A stretch of 59,472 bases of DNA from NCBI GenBank assembly GCA_007131405.1, contig SLQR01000023.1, forward strand, positions 1 through 59,472, written 5' to 3'. Numbering within the stretch: the first letter of the stretch is position 1; each line of letters starts with the position of its first letter. This document shows, piece after piece, positions 17,055 through 26,712 of the stretch. The notes under the pieces were generated by a model, which worked only from the letters and a program-made list of their open reading frames with translations, was not told the DNA's origin and did not search any database. The translations under genes were made by a program, and so were the position numbers. This DNA is from Candidatus Izemoplasma sp. Lineage in GTDB: Bacteria; Bacillota_I; Bacilli_A; Izemoplasmatales; Izemoplasmataceae.

Positions 17055-18047
17055 TTATTGTGTTTGCATGTAAAACGTAGCCAAAGCAGCACCGACAAGA
17101 ATAATCAGAATAATCAGATTGCGAACCGTGCGCTGACGTTTCTTTTTAAGCACATTGTATTTATGGGTTATTTCTTCAAATTTTTGATCATAAAGATAGG
17201 ACTCAATGTTCATGCCTTCAAAAATCTTAAGGCTTTCTTCTTGCGCTGGGCGACGTGGTTGTTGGCGTTTAAGCAAAATATACTCAATCATATCGCCTTT
17301 TTTCAGTTCAATTGAGATACTGACTTGACGTTTTTTCGCGTAACGTTCAAGTTCTAAAATCGATTGTTTCCCGAGTTCTTCTTGATCCGACTCGGATAAA
17401 TCAAGTTTAAGCGCAATAATGTCAATTAATTGCTTTTTATTAATTCGACGAGGAATTTCAATGTCGTATTTTTTTCCGAGTTCACGAATGTCTGTGAGTG
17501 TCGTTGAGTTGATTAAGACTTCTTTGGCTTCTTCGACACGGCAGCCTTCAAAATAACCTTTTGGTTCAAAATAAATCTGACCGAGTTCTTTTTGAAGTTG
17601 GGCATACGATTCAACTTTTGATTTTTGGTATTTCATGGTTAAGTTTTGAAGTTTAACAAACTCGAGGTTGTTGATGCCGAGTTCGCTACGGTGGCGAATC
17701 ACAATATCCCAAAAATCTTTCTTGTATTCGGACACATTAATTTCAATGCGATAGCTTTCAGCTAAGCGTTCAAGTTGAAAAATCGTGTAATCATCAAACC
17801 ACTTCAAGCGATGCTTCATTTCATCCGAAAACTTATCGTCGTTATCGGCATTCGCGATAATTGGGGCGATGTTTTTACGAATCAGTGCTTTATGAATATA
17901 ATTGGGTAAATACAACTCTTTGTTTTTTAAATATTTTACAATTTCGCTCGCTGGAATAACCACAAACGAATCAATGAGTTTTGATATTTTTACCTTTTTC
18001 GAATAGAGATAAATTGTATCTTCTTGTCCAACAATGCTTTTTGCCAT
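17055..18047 (-). CDS. hypothetical tail-anchored membrane protein with three tandem Rho_N/SAP-like (helix-extended-helix) repeats
   Basis: Track ORF 17055..18095. ATG 18047 is preferred (GAGGAGTGG 5 nt upstream, and the promoter lies inside the longer ORF). Repeats: TIFQLERLAESYRIEINVSEYKKDFWDIVI / TLTDIRELGKKYDIEIPRRINKKQLIDIIA / SILELERYAKKRQVSISIELKKGDMIEYIL. C-terminal TM helix NLIILIILVGAALATFY. Confidence 0.7.
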   Translation of the reverse strand: MAKSIVGQEDTIYLYSKKVKISKLIDSFVVIPASEIVKYLKNKELYLPNYIHKALIRKNIAPIIANADNDDKFSDEMKHRLKWFDDYTIFQLERLAESYRIEINVSEYKKDFWDIVIRHRSELGINNLEFVKLQNLTMKYQKSKVESYAQLQKELGQIYFEPKGYFEGCRVEEAKEVLINSTTLTDIRELGKKYDIEIPRRINKKQLIDIIALKLDLSESDQEELGKQSILELERYAKKRQVSISIELKKGDMIEYILLKRQQPRRPAQEESLKIFEGMNIESYLYDQKFEEITHKYNVLKKKRQRTVRNLIILIILVGAALATFYMQTQ

Positions 18048-18077
18048 CAAAACCACTCCTCTATTTACGTTAATTTT

Positions 18078-18106
18078 ATTATAGCCGAAGGTCAATTCTA
18101 ATTCAA
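18078..18106 (-). promoter_or_regulatory. sigma-A promoter TTGAAT-17-TATAAT heading the (HeH protein)-mutS-MTase-mutL-miaA operon
   Basis: Minus-strand TTGAAT (18106-18101), 17-nt spacer, TATAAT (18083-18078). Only 18 nt separate the HeH gene stop from the mutS ATG, and I saw no terminator between them. Confidence 0.7.
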
Positions 18107-18150
18107 GGGAAATCTTTTTATTAAGCAGTTTCCCAGTATTTAAAAACCTC

Positions 18151-18483
18151 TCAACTTTCGTTGAAAGGTTTGTTAATTACGGTTTCAATTAACTGACTAA
18201 TCATCTGAATTTTGGTGTTGATTTCCTCTTGAAGTTCGAGATATTGATGCACAATCGGGTAAGTGCTTAATGCGTCTAACGCCGCTTGATAGTCTTGCTC
18301 TGCTTGCTTAAATGTATCCGGACGTATTTCACGCGCATTGACCATACGCTTTTGTTTATTCATGACTTCTTGGTATTTTTCTTGATACACAGGATTTTCC
18401 AACACCTTCGATTCTAACTTTTTAAATGCAATGATGGCTTCATCATTTTCTAAGTATTCAATCAATTTATCAAGTGTTTTCAT
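18151..18483 (-). CDS. YlbF/YmcA (RicA-like) family protein
   Basis: Same position as ymcA in the B. subtilis order miaB-ymcA-cotE-mutS. Helical protein resembling the Com_YlbF pattern (IIAFKKLESKVLENPVYQEKYQEVMNKQKRM...YPIVHQYLELQEEINTKIQMISQLIE). ATG 18483 is preferred over the GTG at 18492. Overlaps the miaB end by 14 nt. Confidence 0.65.
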   Translation of the reverse strand: MKTLDKLIEYLENDEAIIAFKKLESKVLENPVYQEKYQEVMNKQKRMVNAREIRPDTFKQAEQDYQAALDALSTYPIVHQYLELQEEINTKIQMISQLIETVINKPFNES

Positions 18484-19918
18484 TAAGTTCACCTTTCAAA
18501 AACCATGTTTTTACTTCGGTTATTTTAACTTTGACGATTTGACCAATTAAGGATTCATCACCTTTAAAGTTAACGAGTTTATAGTGTTCACTGTACCCAG
18601 CTAAGATGGCTTTATTGTTTTTGCTTACACCATCAACTAAAACATTGACGGTTTTGTTTTCAAAACGTTGATTGCCACGTAGATAGCCGGCATTCACTTC
18701 TTTATTCAAGGTTTGAAGACGACGTTTTTTGTCTTCCATGCTTGTATGGTCTTCATAACGCGCAGCAGGCGTGCCTTCACGCGCAGAAAAAATAAAGGTA
18801 AATGCGCCTTCAAAGTTTGCCTGTTTAACTAAATCAAGCGTTTCTTCGAAGTCTTCTTCCGTTTCACCGGGGAAGCCGACAATAATATCGGTCGTAAGTG
18901 AGGCGTGAGGAATATGCGTGTAAATGCTTTCGGCTAACGCAAGGTAGGATTCTTTGGTGTATTTACGGTTCATTTTTTTCAAAACTTTGTTGCTGCCTGA
19001 TTGAACAGGTAAATGAATATGTGGCATCAGGTTTTTGGCTGTTGCCAAAACGTTTACCGTTTCTTCATCAAAATCTTTGGGATGCGATGTGGTAAATCGA
19101 ATGCGCGCCATGTCGGTTTTTTGCAAATCTTTTAGAAGGTTTGAGAATGTATACGACTGATCGGTAAAATCACGGCCGTATGAGTTGACATTTTGACCGA
19201 GTAAGGTCACTTCTTTATAGCCTTCTCGCACGAGTTCATTGACTTCGTTGATGATGTGTTTGGGTGAGCGAGAGCGTTCTTTCCCGCGTGTGTAGGGCAC
19301 AATACAATACGTACAAAATTCATCACACCCGTACATAATATTCACAAAGGCTTTGTATTTATGGTCACGTATTTTGGGTAGGTTTTCGATGATTTGACCT
19401 TCGTCACTAAAGACCTCAATGACGCGTTCTTTTCCGTAAAGTGCTGTTTCTAAGTAGGCTGGCAGTTTATGGATGTTATGGGTTCCAAAAATAAGGTCGA
19501 CATAGGGATAACTTTCTAAGAGTTTATCGACGACGCGTTCTTCTTGTGGCATGCATCCCGCAACGCCTAAAATGAGATCGGGGTTGGTGCGTTTGTATTG
19601 TTTTAAACGTCCGAGTTCACCAAAAATACGGTTTTCGGCGTTTTCGCGAATCGCGCATGTGTTTAAAATAATGATATCGGCACGGCTTTCATCGGTCGTT
19701 GCTTCAAAGCCTAAACGTTCAAAGATTCCTTTCATGGTTTCAGAATCCGCTTCGTTGCCTTGACACCCGTAAGTCATAAGTAAATAATGCTTTCCAGCAC
19801 CGATGTTTTTGATGTTCACTAATTGGTCTAAATCAAGTATTTCGGTGGTGGTGGTTTTGCGTTTTCGCGCCTCTTTTATTGAGGGCTTTTTGAAGTATTG
19901 ATCATATTTTTTTGACAC
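18470..19918 (-). CDS. miaB: tRNA-2-methylthio-N6-dimethylallyladenosine synthase (radical SAM methylthiotransferase)
   Basis: GTG start with AAGGTGA SD. N-terminal cluster region TYGCQGNEADSE...NTCAIRE...GCM, radical-SAM motif CDEFCTYCIVPYTRG, and a C-terminal TRAM domain. Confidence 0.92.
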   Translation of the reverse strand: MSKKYDQYFKKPSIKEARKRKTTTTEILDLDQLVNIKNIGAGKHYLLMTYGCQGNEADSETMKGIFERLGFEATTDESRADIIILNTCAIRENAENRIFGELGRLKQYKRTNPDLILGVAGCMPQEERVVDKLLESYPYVDLIFGTHNIHKLPAYLETALYGKERVIEVFSDEGQIIENLPKIRDHKYKAFVNIMYGCDEFCTYCIVPYTRGKERSRSPKHIINEVNELVREGYKEVTLLGQNVNSYGRDFTDQSYTFSNLLKDLQKTDMARIRFTTSHPKDFDEETVNVLATAKNLMPHIHLPVQSGSNKVLKKMNRKYTKESYLALAESIYTHIPHASLTTDIIVGFPGETEEDFEETLDLVKQANFEGAFTFIFSAREGTPAARYEDHTSMEDKKRRLQTLNKEVNAGYLRGNQRFENKTVNVLVDGVSKNNKAILAGYSEHYKLVNFKGDESLIGQIVKVKITEVKTWFLKGELNENT

Positions 19919-19931
19919 AGTATCACCTTAT

Positions 19932-20690
19932 CTAGTCAGATTTATGGATGATGTTTATACGCTTTTGGACTAAATCGAGTAAAACACCATTAAGTTGTAG
20001 TTCTTTGCCTTTATGCGGTCTTAATCGCACAGGCATTTTGGTCAAAAAGCGTTCCATGACGAGGTCTTTATCTGCGCCAAGTATGCCGTATTTTGAACCG
20101 GTCATGCCTAAATCCGTAATGTAAAGTGTCCCTTTAGGCAAGGTCATGGCATCGTTGGTTTGTACATGGGTGTGCGTTCCAAGCACCGCGGTGACGCGAC
20201 CATCAAGGTAATGCGCGATGGCTAACTTTTCACTGGTTGCTTCAGCATGGACATCGACAATAATCTCATCTGCTTCAACGGTTTCTAAAAGCTGATCAAG
20301 CGTGGTAAATGGATCGCTTAAAGGGTCATGCATAAAGATTTGACCCATGATGTTAATGACGGCAATTTTTTTGTCATTAAAGTTAATCATCAAAACTGAT
20401 TTTCCAGGCGTTTTTTCAGGATAATTGGCCGGACGGACGATGTTTGCGTCGTTGATAAACGTAAACAATTCCTGTTTTGAGAAACTGTGGTTGCCAAGGG
20501 TCACTGCATGCACGCCAAGATTCATTAACTCCTTGTAATCGGCCTCACGAATCCCTAACCCATCGGCAAGGTTTTCACCATTCACAATAAGCAAATGGTA
20601 ATTGGTGTCACGTTTGATTTCTGGCAAAAATTTCTTTAAGGCGTCTAACCCTTTTTTGCCGTAGATGTCACCTATCACTAATATTTTCAT
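19932..20690 (-). CDS. ymdB: YmdB-family metallophosphoesterase (2',3'-cyclic-nucleotide 2'-phosphodiesterase, TIGR00282 type)
   Basis: MKILVIGDIYGKKGL, VNGENLADGLGI, TLGNHSF, VDVHAEATSEK, LGTHTHVQTND, YITDLGMTG. Lies downstream of rny, as in B. subtilis. Confidence 0.88.
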   Translation of the reverse strand: MKILVIGDIYGKKGLDALKKFLPEIKRDTNYHLLIVNGENLADGLGIREADYKELMNLGVHAVTLGNHSFSKQELFTFINDANIVRPANYPEKTPGKSVLMINFNDKKIAVINIMGQIFMHDPLSDPFTTLDQLLETVEADEIIVDVHAEATSEKLAIAHYLDGRVTAVLGTHTHVQTNDAMTLPKGTLYITDLGMTGSKYGILGADKDLVMERFLTKMPVRLRPHKGKELQLNGVLLDLVQKRINIIHKSD

Positions 20691-21208
20691 CGCAATCTTC
20701 TTTCTAGGACTTTAAAATAGTCTTTATCATTTAACAAGAAGGGATAATCCCAAAATGTCTTCTTTTCAATCATCGTTTGAATGGTCTCAAAATCCACATA
20801 TTTTACGGCTTTTACTTCCGCAGGGTTCGGCGTAAAGCAGTCGATTGATTTGGTGGTTTGGTGGTAATACACATAGGTTATGGTGTTGTATTTTCCACGA
20901 GAACTTGTGATCACATCAAGTTTGGTTAACGCGTTCCCATCAATCGCGAGTCCGACTTCTTCTTCAACTTCACGTGATGCTGCCTTTTTCGGGGTTTCGC
21001 CAACATTGACTAATCCGGTAGTAATGCCCCATTGATAAGGGATTGGATCGCTATCTTTTGCGCGTTGTTGAATTAAGAATTCACCCGCTTGGTTTTCAAT
21101 CCAAACATGAATGACTTTAAAGTATTCACCCTTGTTAAGTTGGGCGCCTCTTGGGACATGTTTATCAAGTCTGTTGCCGTTTTTATCAAATAAATCGTAG
21201 TACTCCAT
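20687..21208 (-). CDS. NUDIX hydrolase
   Basis: Perfect Nudix box GLVNVGETPKKAASREVEEEVGL (GX5EX7REUXEEXGU). GAGGTGA SD. 4-nt overlap with ymdB. Confidence 0.85.
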   Translation of the reverse strand: MEYYDLFDKNGNRLDKHVPRGAQLNKGEYFKVIHVWIENQAGEFLIQQRAKDSDPIPYQWGITTGLVNVGETPKKAASREVEEEVGLAIDGNALTKLDVITSSRGKYNTITYVYYHQTTKSIDCFTPNPAEVKAVKYVDFETIQTMIEKKTFWDYPFLLNDKDYFKVLERRLR

Positions 21209-21221
21209 GCCGTCTCACCTC

Positions 21222-21254
21222 AAAAAGGATAAAGCCTTCCGAGTTCGGAAGGCT
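21222..21254 (-). terminator. rho-independent terminator or attenuator after rny
   Basis: Minus-strand AGCCTTCCG-AACT-CGGAAGGCT followed by TTATCCTTTTT. Lies between the rny stop and the NUDIX SD. Confidence 0.75.
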
Positions 21255-21259
21255 CTGGG

Positions 21260-22822
21260 TTATTTTGCAACATCTTGAGCTCGTGTTTCCCTAATAACCG
21301 TGACTTTGATGGTACCAGGGTAAGAGAGTTCCTCTTCAATTTTTTGTTTAATATCGCGTGCAAGTTTATGCGCAAGCACGTCATCAATTTGGTCCGGTTT
21401 AACAAGCACTCGGACTTCGCGTCCTGCTTGAATGGCATACGCTTGATCGACACCAGGGAAATCGGTTGAAATGGTTTCGAGTTGCTCTAGACGTTTAATG
21501 TATGAATCAAGTGATTCGCTACGCGCACCAGGGCGGGCAGCACTTAACGCATCGGCAGCCGCAACTAAAACACCAATAACTGTTTTCGCTTCAACTTCTC
21601 CATGATGGGATTTAATTGCATCGATCACGGCTAGTGGTTCTTTGTATCGGTTGGCAATGTTAACACCAATTTCAACATGTGAGCCTTCTATTTCATGGTC
21701 AACGGCTTTTCCAATATCATGGATTAATGCAGCGCGTCTCGCCAAAATTTCATCTTCACCAATCTCAACGGCCATTTTGCCTGCTAAGAATGCACATTCT
21801 ACAGAGTGTCTAAGGACATTTTGTCCGTAACTGGTTCTAAAGTGTAAACGTCCAAGGAGTTTAACTAAATCTGGATGGACTTTACCTATACCGACTTCAA
21901 AGACGGCTTCTTCCCCTTTATCCCTAATAAAACGATCAATTTCTTCGCGTGATTTTTCGACGACTTCCTCAATTCTTCCCGGATGGATTCGACCATCACT
22001 AACCAATGTTTCAATAGCGCGTTTGGCAATTTCTCTACGAATTGGGTCAAACCCGCTTAGTACGACAGCTTCTGGTGTATCATCGATAATTAAATCGACC
22101 CCAGTTAACGCTTCAATAGTGCGAATGTTTCGTCCTTCGCGGCCGATAATACGACCTTTCATGTCATCATTTGGTAAGTTTACGACACTGACAGTACGTT
22201 CACTCGTTACATCTTGTGCATATTTTTGTAATGCAAGGGCTAAAATATCTTTAGCTTTTTTGTCCGCTTCATGTTTTGCCGTTTCTTCTTCATCTTTAAT
22301 GTATTGGGCAATTTCGTGAGTCATCTCTTCTTCTACTCGGTTGAAAATTAATTCACGTGCCTCTTCTACAGATGTTTGGGCAATTTCTTGTAAGCGTTGA
22401 TTTTGTTCTTCAATCAAACTCTCAAGTTTGCTATCTTTATCTTCTAAAGCTTTCTTTCTCTGTTCAAGCGCCTCTTCTTTACGATCAAGATTCTGTTCAC
22501 GTTTATCGAAATTTTGCGAACGGTTATCTAACACTTGTTCGCGTTGGATCAATTTACTCTCCTGATTTGAAATTTCATTCTTGCGTTCTTTTATTTCTTT
22601 ATCAAGGTCTAATCGTAAGTTATGAATTTCTTGTTTCGTTTCGAGAAGGGTTTGTTTTTTCGCTTGTTCTGATGATTTTACTGCTTCATCAACGATTTTT
22701 TTCGCTTGTTCACGAGATTTTTCAAAGCCTTGTTCAACAACAACGGCACGAATGACTACACCAGCCACGATACCGATTGTTAATAAAAGCAAACCGGAGA
22801 TGATTAATACAAGGGGTTCCAT
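21260..22822 (-). CDS. rny: ribonuclease Y
   Basis: 520 aa. N-terminal TM helix, coiled-coil, KH domain ([12 protein letters not shown]) and HD domain ([13 protein letters not shown]...HDIGKA). Confidence 0.95.
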   Translation of the reverse strand: MEPLVLIISGLLLLTIGIVAGVVIRAVVVEQGFEKSREQAKKIVDEAVKSSEQAKKQTLLETKQEIHNLRLDLDKEIKERKNEISNQESKLIQREQVLDNRSQNFDKREQNLDRKEEALEQRKKALEDKDSKLESLIEEQNQRLQEIAQTSVEEARELIFNRVEEEMTHEIAQYIKDEEETAKHEADKKAKDILALALQKYAQDVTSERTVSVVNLPNDDMKGRIIGREGRNIRTIEALTGVDLIIDDTPEAVVLSGFDPIRREIAKRAIETLVSDGRIHPGRIEEVVEKSREEIDRFIRDKGEEAVFEVGIGKVHPDLVKLLGRLHFRTSYGQNVLRHSVECAFLAGKMAVEIGEDEILARRAALIHDIGKAVDHEIEGSHVEIGVNIANRYKEPLAVIDAIKSHHGEVEAKTVIGVLVAAADALSAARPGARSESLDSYIKRLEQLETISTDFPGVDQAYAIQAGREVRVLVKPDQIDDVLAHKLARDIKQKIEEELSYPGTIKVTVIRETRAQDVAK

Positions 22823-22915
22823 ATTAATGCCTCCGTTTCATATTCGTTTTTTTCGTTCATATATATACTAATTTATAGTCCATTTCAATGAGTAGATGAA
22901 AAGTTTTACTGTTTC

Positions 22916-22945
22916 ATTATACATGACGACCCTGCTTTAAGTCAA
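22916..22945 (-). promoter_or_regulatory. sigma-A promoter TTGACT-18-TATAAT for rny
   Basis: Minus-strand TTGACT (22945-22940), 18-nt spacer, TATAAT (22921-22916). About 95 nt of leader. Confidence 0.6.
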
Positions 22946-22978
22946 TGAATATTACTTGTAATCCCATGCTTTCTGCAA

Positions 22979-23010
22979 TAAAAAAAGCGTGTTCATAAAA
23001 CACGCTTTTT
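22979..23010 (-). terminator. rho-independent terminator after recA
   Basis: AGCGTGTT-loop-AACACGCT flanked by A- and T-tracts, immediately downstream of the recA stop. Confidence 0.8.
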
Positions 23011-23013
23011 GCC

Positions 23014-24006
23014 TTAGATAGCTAATTTCTCACGGATCGCATCGGATAACGTATTAAGAAGTTCTTCGTTTTCTTCCAAATACTTCTTCACATTCTCGCG
23101 ACCTTGTCCAATTTTCTCGTCATTGTAAGAGAACCATGACCCACTCTTTTTAATCAAATCATACTCAACTGCGAGGTCAATAATCTCCCCGGTACGTGAA
23201 ATACCAATCCCATACACAAGATCGACTTCCGCCGTTTTAAACGGTGGAGCAACCTTATTTTTAACCACTTTAACACGGGTGCGGTTTCCAATCGCTTCTT
23301 GGCCAATTTTTAATTGTTCACCACGACGAATATCGATGCGGATACTTGAATAAAACTTAAGCGCACGTCCACCGGATGTTGTTTCAGGATTTCCAAACAT
23401 CACACCAACTTTTTCACGAATTTGATTGATAAAAATCGCAATCGCATTGGACTTACTAATCGCACCCGATAGCTTACGCATCGCTTGACTCATTAAGCGT
23501 GCTTGCAAGCCAACATGGCTGCTTCCCATGTCGCCACGAATCTCCGCTTCAGGGACAAGGGCTGCGACACTGTCAATAACCACAATATCAATCGCATTGC
23601 TACGAATAAGTGCTTCCGTAATCTCTAACGCTTGTTCCCCTGTATCCGGTTGCGAGATAATTAAATTATCAATATCAACCCCTAGGTTTTTTGCGTATTT
23701 CGGATCAAGCGCATGCTCGGCATCAATAAATGCTGCGTATCCACCAGCGCGCTGTGCTTCAGCGATCGCATGGAGCGCAAACGTAGTTTTTCCTGATGAT
23801 TCAGGTCCGTAGATTTCAATAATTCGCCCCTTAGGGTACCCACCGATACCTAAGGCTTGATCAAGCGCGAGTGAACCACTTGAGATTTTGTCCATGTTGC
23901 GTGTACCCGCATCGGCACCAAGCAACATAATTGCCCCTTTTCCATGTGCTTTTTCAATATCTTTCATTGCGAGATCTATCGCTTTTTTACGATCATCTTT
24001 TGCCAT
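23014..24006 (-). CDS. recA: recombinase RecA
   Basis: [16 protein letters not shown] Walker [48 protein letters not shown]. Confidence 0.97.
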   Translation of the reverse strand: MAKDDRKKAIDLAMKDIEKAHGKGAIMLLGADAGTRNMDKISSGSLALDQALGIGGYPKGRIIEIYGPESSGKTTFALHAIAEAQRAGGYAAFIDAEHALDPKYAKNLGVDIDNLIISQPDTGEQALEITEALIRSNAIDIVVIDSVAALVPEAEIRGDMGSSHVGLQARLMSQAMRKLSGAISKSNAIAIFINQIREKVGVMFGNPETTSGGRALKFYSSIRIDIRRGEQLKIGQEAIGNRTRVKVVKNKVAPPFKTAEVDLVYGIGISRTGEIIDLAVEYDLIKKSGSWFSYNDEKIGQGRENVKKYLEENEELLNTLSDAIREKLAI

Positions 24007-24061
24007 GATAACGCCTCCTATTCAAGTCTATAATACGTTTTGATGTTTCGATTTCTTTTTT

Positions 24062-24616
24062 TTATTTTGATTGTAATACACTATCTTTATTATGAATAAA
24101 ATACTCAAACCCAGATACAATCGTTAGCGCTACCCCAAGATAAAGTAACCCTTTACCGATAAGATAAAGCAATTCGCCGGATGCAGGTAATGTAAGCAAA
24201 ACAATCAACGCAAGCATCGTTGATGCGGTCTTGTATTTTCCAAGGTTACCTGCAGCAATTACTTTTCCTTCGCTGCTCGCGACTAAACGAATGCCGGTGA
24301 CAATAAACTCTCTTGATAAGACAACCAGCACAATCCACATCGGAATCATTCCAATATCTTGTAACATGAGCAACGCAAACATCACCAAGAGTTTGTCCGC
24401 TAATGGATCAAGAAATTTTCCAAAGGTTGTCACTTCACCATTTTTACGCGCCAGATAGCCATCTAAAAAATCGGTAAAACTGGCCACAATAAAGAGTCCA
24501 AAAATCGTTATACTGTATACATTGAACACGAGTCTTGCCGGATCAACGTAATAAAGAATAACCATAATTGGAATGATTAAAACACGTAATACTGTTAATT
24601 TATTCGGTAGATTCAT
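24062..24616 (-). CDS. pgsA: CDP-diacylglycerol--glycerol-3-phosphate 3-phosphatidyltransferase
   Basis: ATG 24616 (MNLPNKLTVLRV) is preferred over the track TTG at 24631. CDP-alcohol phosphotransferase motif DFLDGYLARKNGEVTTFGKFLDPLADK. Confidence 0.9.
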   Translation of the reverse strand: MNLPNKLTVLRVLIIPIMVILYYVDPARLVFNVYSITIFGLFIVASFTDFLDGYLARKNGEVTTFGKFLDPLADKLLVMFALLMLQDIGMIPMWIVLVVLSREFIVTGIRLVASSEGKVIAAGNLGKYKTASTMLALIVLLTLPASGELLYLIGKGLLYLGVALTIVSGFEYFIHNKDSVLQSK

Positions 24617-24676
24617 GCCTTCACCTCTCAAAAAACATTATACCATAATCGCCTATCAACAACAATCATAAACATC

Positions 24677-25918
24677 TTATGGCGACGCTTTATATTCACT
24701 CGCTTCTAGGCGTGACGGCGTTAAATGTTCTAGCTTTCCATGTTCTTTTTTAAGCGCATTCTGACTTAAAATTAGAAGCGCAAACGCAAGCACAAACATC
24801 AGTGCCGATACATCAAACACACGAATCGGATTATAGTCGTAAATAAACCCAGCCATAAGCGGCCCTAAAACCATCCCAATCGAGAAAAACGTTTGTCGAA
24901 CCCCCATAATCGATCCATATTTTTCATCGCGTGCATTCAGCGAAATATAGTTTTGTTCCAGGGGTTGGAAAATCGATTTCAACACAATATAACCCATGTA
25001 TAACGTATAAAGCATAAGCATAACCTGTTGGCTTCTGAAAACGATAAACACAATAATGGCACTGATCAGTTGAATCCATTTCATAAACCACAAATCTTTT
25101 CTAAGTTTTGCAATTAATGGAACAATAATGATGTTTGTAGCAATACCAACAAGCCCTGTTGCCATGACAAAGACACCAAGGGTACTTGTTGAACGGCCTA
25201 AGTCTAGCGTAATGTAGGCATCAACATAGCGCGTTAAATTTGTCGCTGCCATGGTAGCAAGCGTCAGCGCTAGCAAAAACATCAACAGCGAAGCATCCAT
25301 TTTTGTCGCTTCTTTAACATGCGCAAAAAAGTGCCCTTTCTGCGTGATTGCGCGTTGGATAGGTTCTTTCATCGTGACAAAGACAAACAAGGCATATAAG
25401 CCATTTACCAGTGCTTGGATATAAAACACCTCAACAAGCATATAATCCCCTAAAACACCACCAATTAGATACCCAAACGTCGTCCCTAGCGCAAGTAAGG
25501 CCGCACTCATCGACAAATACTTGGTGCGCTCAAGTTTCGGGGAAAGGGCAATAACATGCGACAAAAGCAGTGTCACGGCCGCCGATACACTAAATCCAGC
25601 TAAAAAACGAAATAGCGTCATTAAGACAAGGTTGGTTGTACTGACAAAAAGCACTTGCCCTACGCTATAGCCAAGCAGACCAATAACGACAAACAAACGC
25701 TTCTTCTTCATATCGCCTAAAATCCCCCAAATTGGCGCACCAACGACAAGTCCAAGACTCATTGCGGAAAAGAAAAAACCAAACATATAACGAGGAATTT
25801 CATTCGTTTCTACATACAATGGCGTTACCACATGGCCCAAGTTGTGGATAATCCCTTGGATAAAGTAATAACTCAATGTAATCCATAATAACTTCTTCAT
25901 TGCATCACATCCAACCAT
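24677..25918 (-). CDS. MFS transporter
   Basis: 413 aa with about 12 hydrophobic segments and an MFS-like loop GDMKKKRLF. The start may instead be the ATG at 25900 (MKKLLWITL). Confidence 0.85.
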   Translation of the reverse strand: MVGCDAMKKLLWITLSYYFIQGIIHNLGHVVTPLYVETNEIPRYMFGFFFSAMSLGLVVGAPIWGILGDMKKKRLFVVIGLLGYSVGQVLFVSTTNLVLMTLFRFLAGFSVSAAVTLLLSHVIALSPKLERTKYLSMSAALLALGTTFGYLIGGVLGDYMLVEVFYIQALVNGLYALFVFVTMKEPIQRAITQKGHFFAHVKEATKMDASLLMFLLALTLATMAATNLTRYVDAYITLDLGRSTSTLGVFVMATGLVGIATNIIIVPLIAKLRKDLWFMKWIQLISAIIVFIVFRSQQVMLMLYTLYMGYIVLKSIFQPLEQNYISLNARDEKYGSIMGVRQTFFSIGMVLGPLMAGFIYDYNPIRVFDVSALMFVLAFALLILSQNALKKEHGKLEHLTPSRLEASEYKASP

Positions 25919-25940
25919 GAAAAAAACTCAGTTAAGAGTT

Positions 25941-26654
25941 TTATTCATCTATATTGTGATAAACATGTTGTACATCATCAACCTCGTTGATGAGTTTCAT
26001 AAACTTTTCGTAGAGCACTTGCGCTTCTCCATCAAGGGTGACCGTTTCATGGGCATACCACCCAGACTCCGAGTGATCAATGCTGACACCATCAAGGTCA
26101 GTCACAACCAATTCGAGCTTATCAAGGTCATAGCCTTCGCCCGTGACTAAGACATCGTCATCATCGAGTTCAATATCAATCACATTGATATCTGCCTCAA
26201 GCAACGCTTCAAACACTTCTTCTTCATTGGCGCCTTTTAAACGCAGACGGGATAGGTGTTCGAACATATGTTCAACGGATCCACTTACACCCATTTTTGA
26301 CCCAATTTTCGTAAAGCAGTTTCGGACTTCACTTACGGTACGGTTTACGTTGTCCGTTAAGGTATCAATAATAAACGCACTTCCTGAGGGCCCAAAGCCT
26401 TCATAACGTTCAAGCGAATAAGACTCCCCACCACTTTGGGCAGCTTTATCAACATTTCGGGTAATGATATCCATTGGTACTTGTTCTTTTTTAGCGCGTT
26501 CAATAAGACGCTTCAAAGCCAAATTGGACTCTACGTTTGTGCCACCATTACGTGCGCACACGTAAATCTCTTTGCCAAAGCGCGAATAGAGTTTGCTCTT
26601 TTGCAAACCCGTTTTCATCATTGATGCTTTGCGTACTTCAAATTTTCTTCCCAT
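25941..26654 (-). CDS. YebC/PmpR-family transcriptional regulator (YeeN-type paralogue)
   Basis: MGRKFEVRKASMMKTG...FGKEIYV...ALKRLIERAKKEQVPMDII...RYEGFGPSGSAFIIDTLTDNVNRTVSEVR..GSKMGVSGSV. Confidence 0.9.
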   Translation of the reverse strand: MGRKFEVRKASMMKTGLQKSKLYSRFGKEIYVCARNGGTNVESNLALKRLIERAKKEQVPMDIITRNVDKAAQSGGESYSLERYEGFGPSGSAFIIDTLTDNVNRTVSEVRNCFTKIGSKMGVSGSVEHMFEHLSRLRLKGANEEEVFEALLEADINVIDIELDDDDVLVTGEGYDLDKLELVVTDLDGVSIDHSESGWYAHETVTLDGEAQVLYEKFMKLINEVDDVQHVYHNIDE

Positions 26655-26683
26655 TCTATCACCATCATTAAAAATCTAACGCT

Positions 26684-26712
26684 ATTATAGTAAACAACAG
26701 CGTTAAAATCAA
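26684..26712 (-). promoter_or_regulatory. sigma-A promoter TTGATT-17-TATAAT for the yebC-family gene
   Basis: Minus-strand TTGATT (26712-26707) overlaps the stop codon of the upstream gene. TATAAT is at 26689-26684. Confidence 0.65.

Noticed and set aside
22023-22755. 98-aa and 132-aa plus-strand ORFs
   Set aside because: They are antisense inside rny, which has clear KH and HD motifs. They arise from the Lys/Glu-rich coiled-coil codons read in reverse.
23528-23812. 94-aa plus-strand ORF
   Set aside because: It is antisense inside recA.
24007-24061. Searched for a LexA (Cheo) box GAAC-N4-GTTC upstream of recA
   Set aside because: None is present in the 55-nt gap. The closest string is CGAAACATCAAAACG, which has no GTTC half-site. 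recA may be co-transcribed with pgsA or regulated differently.
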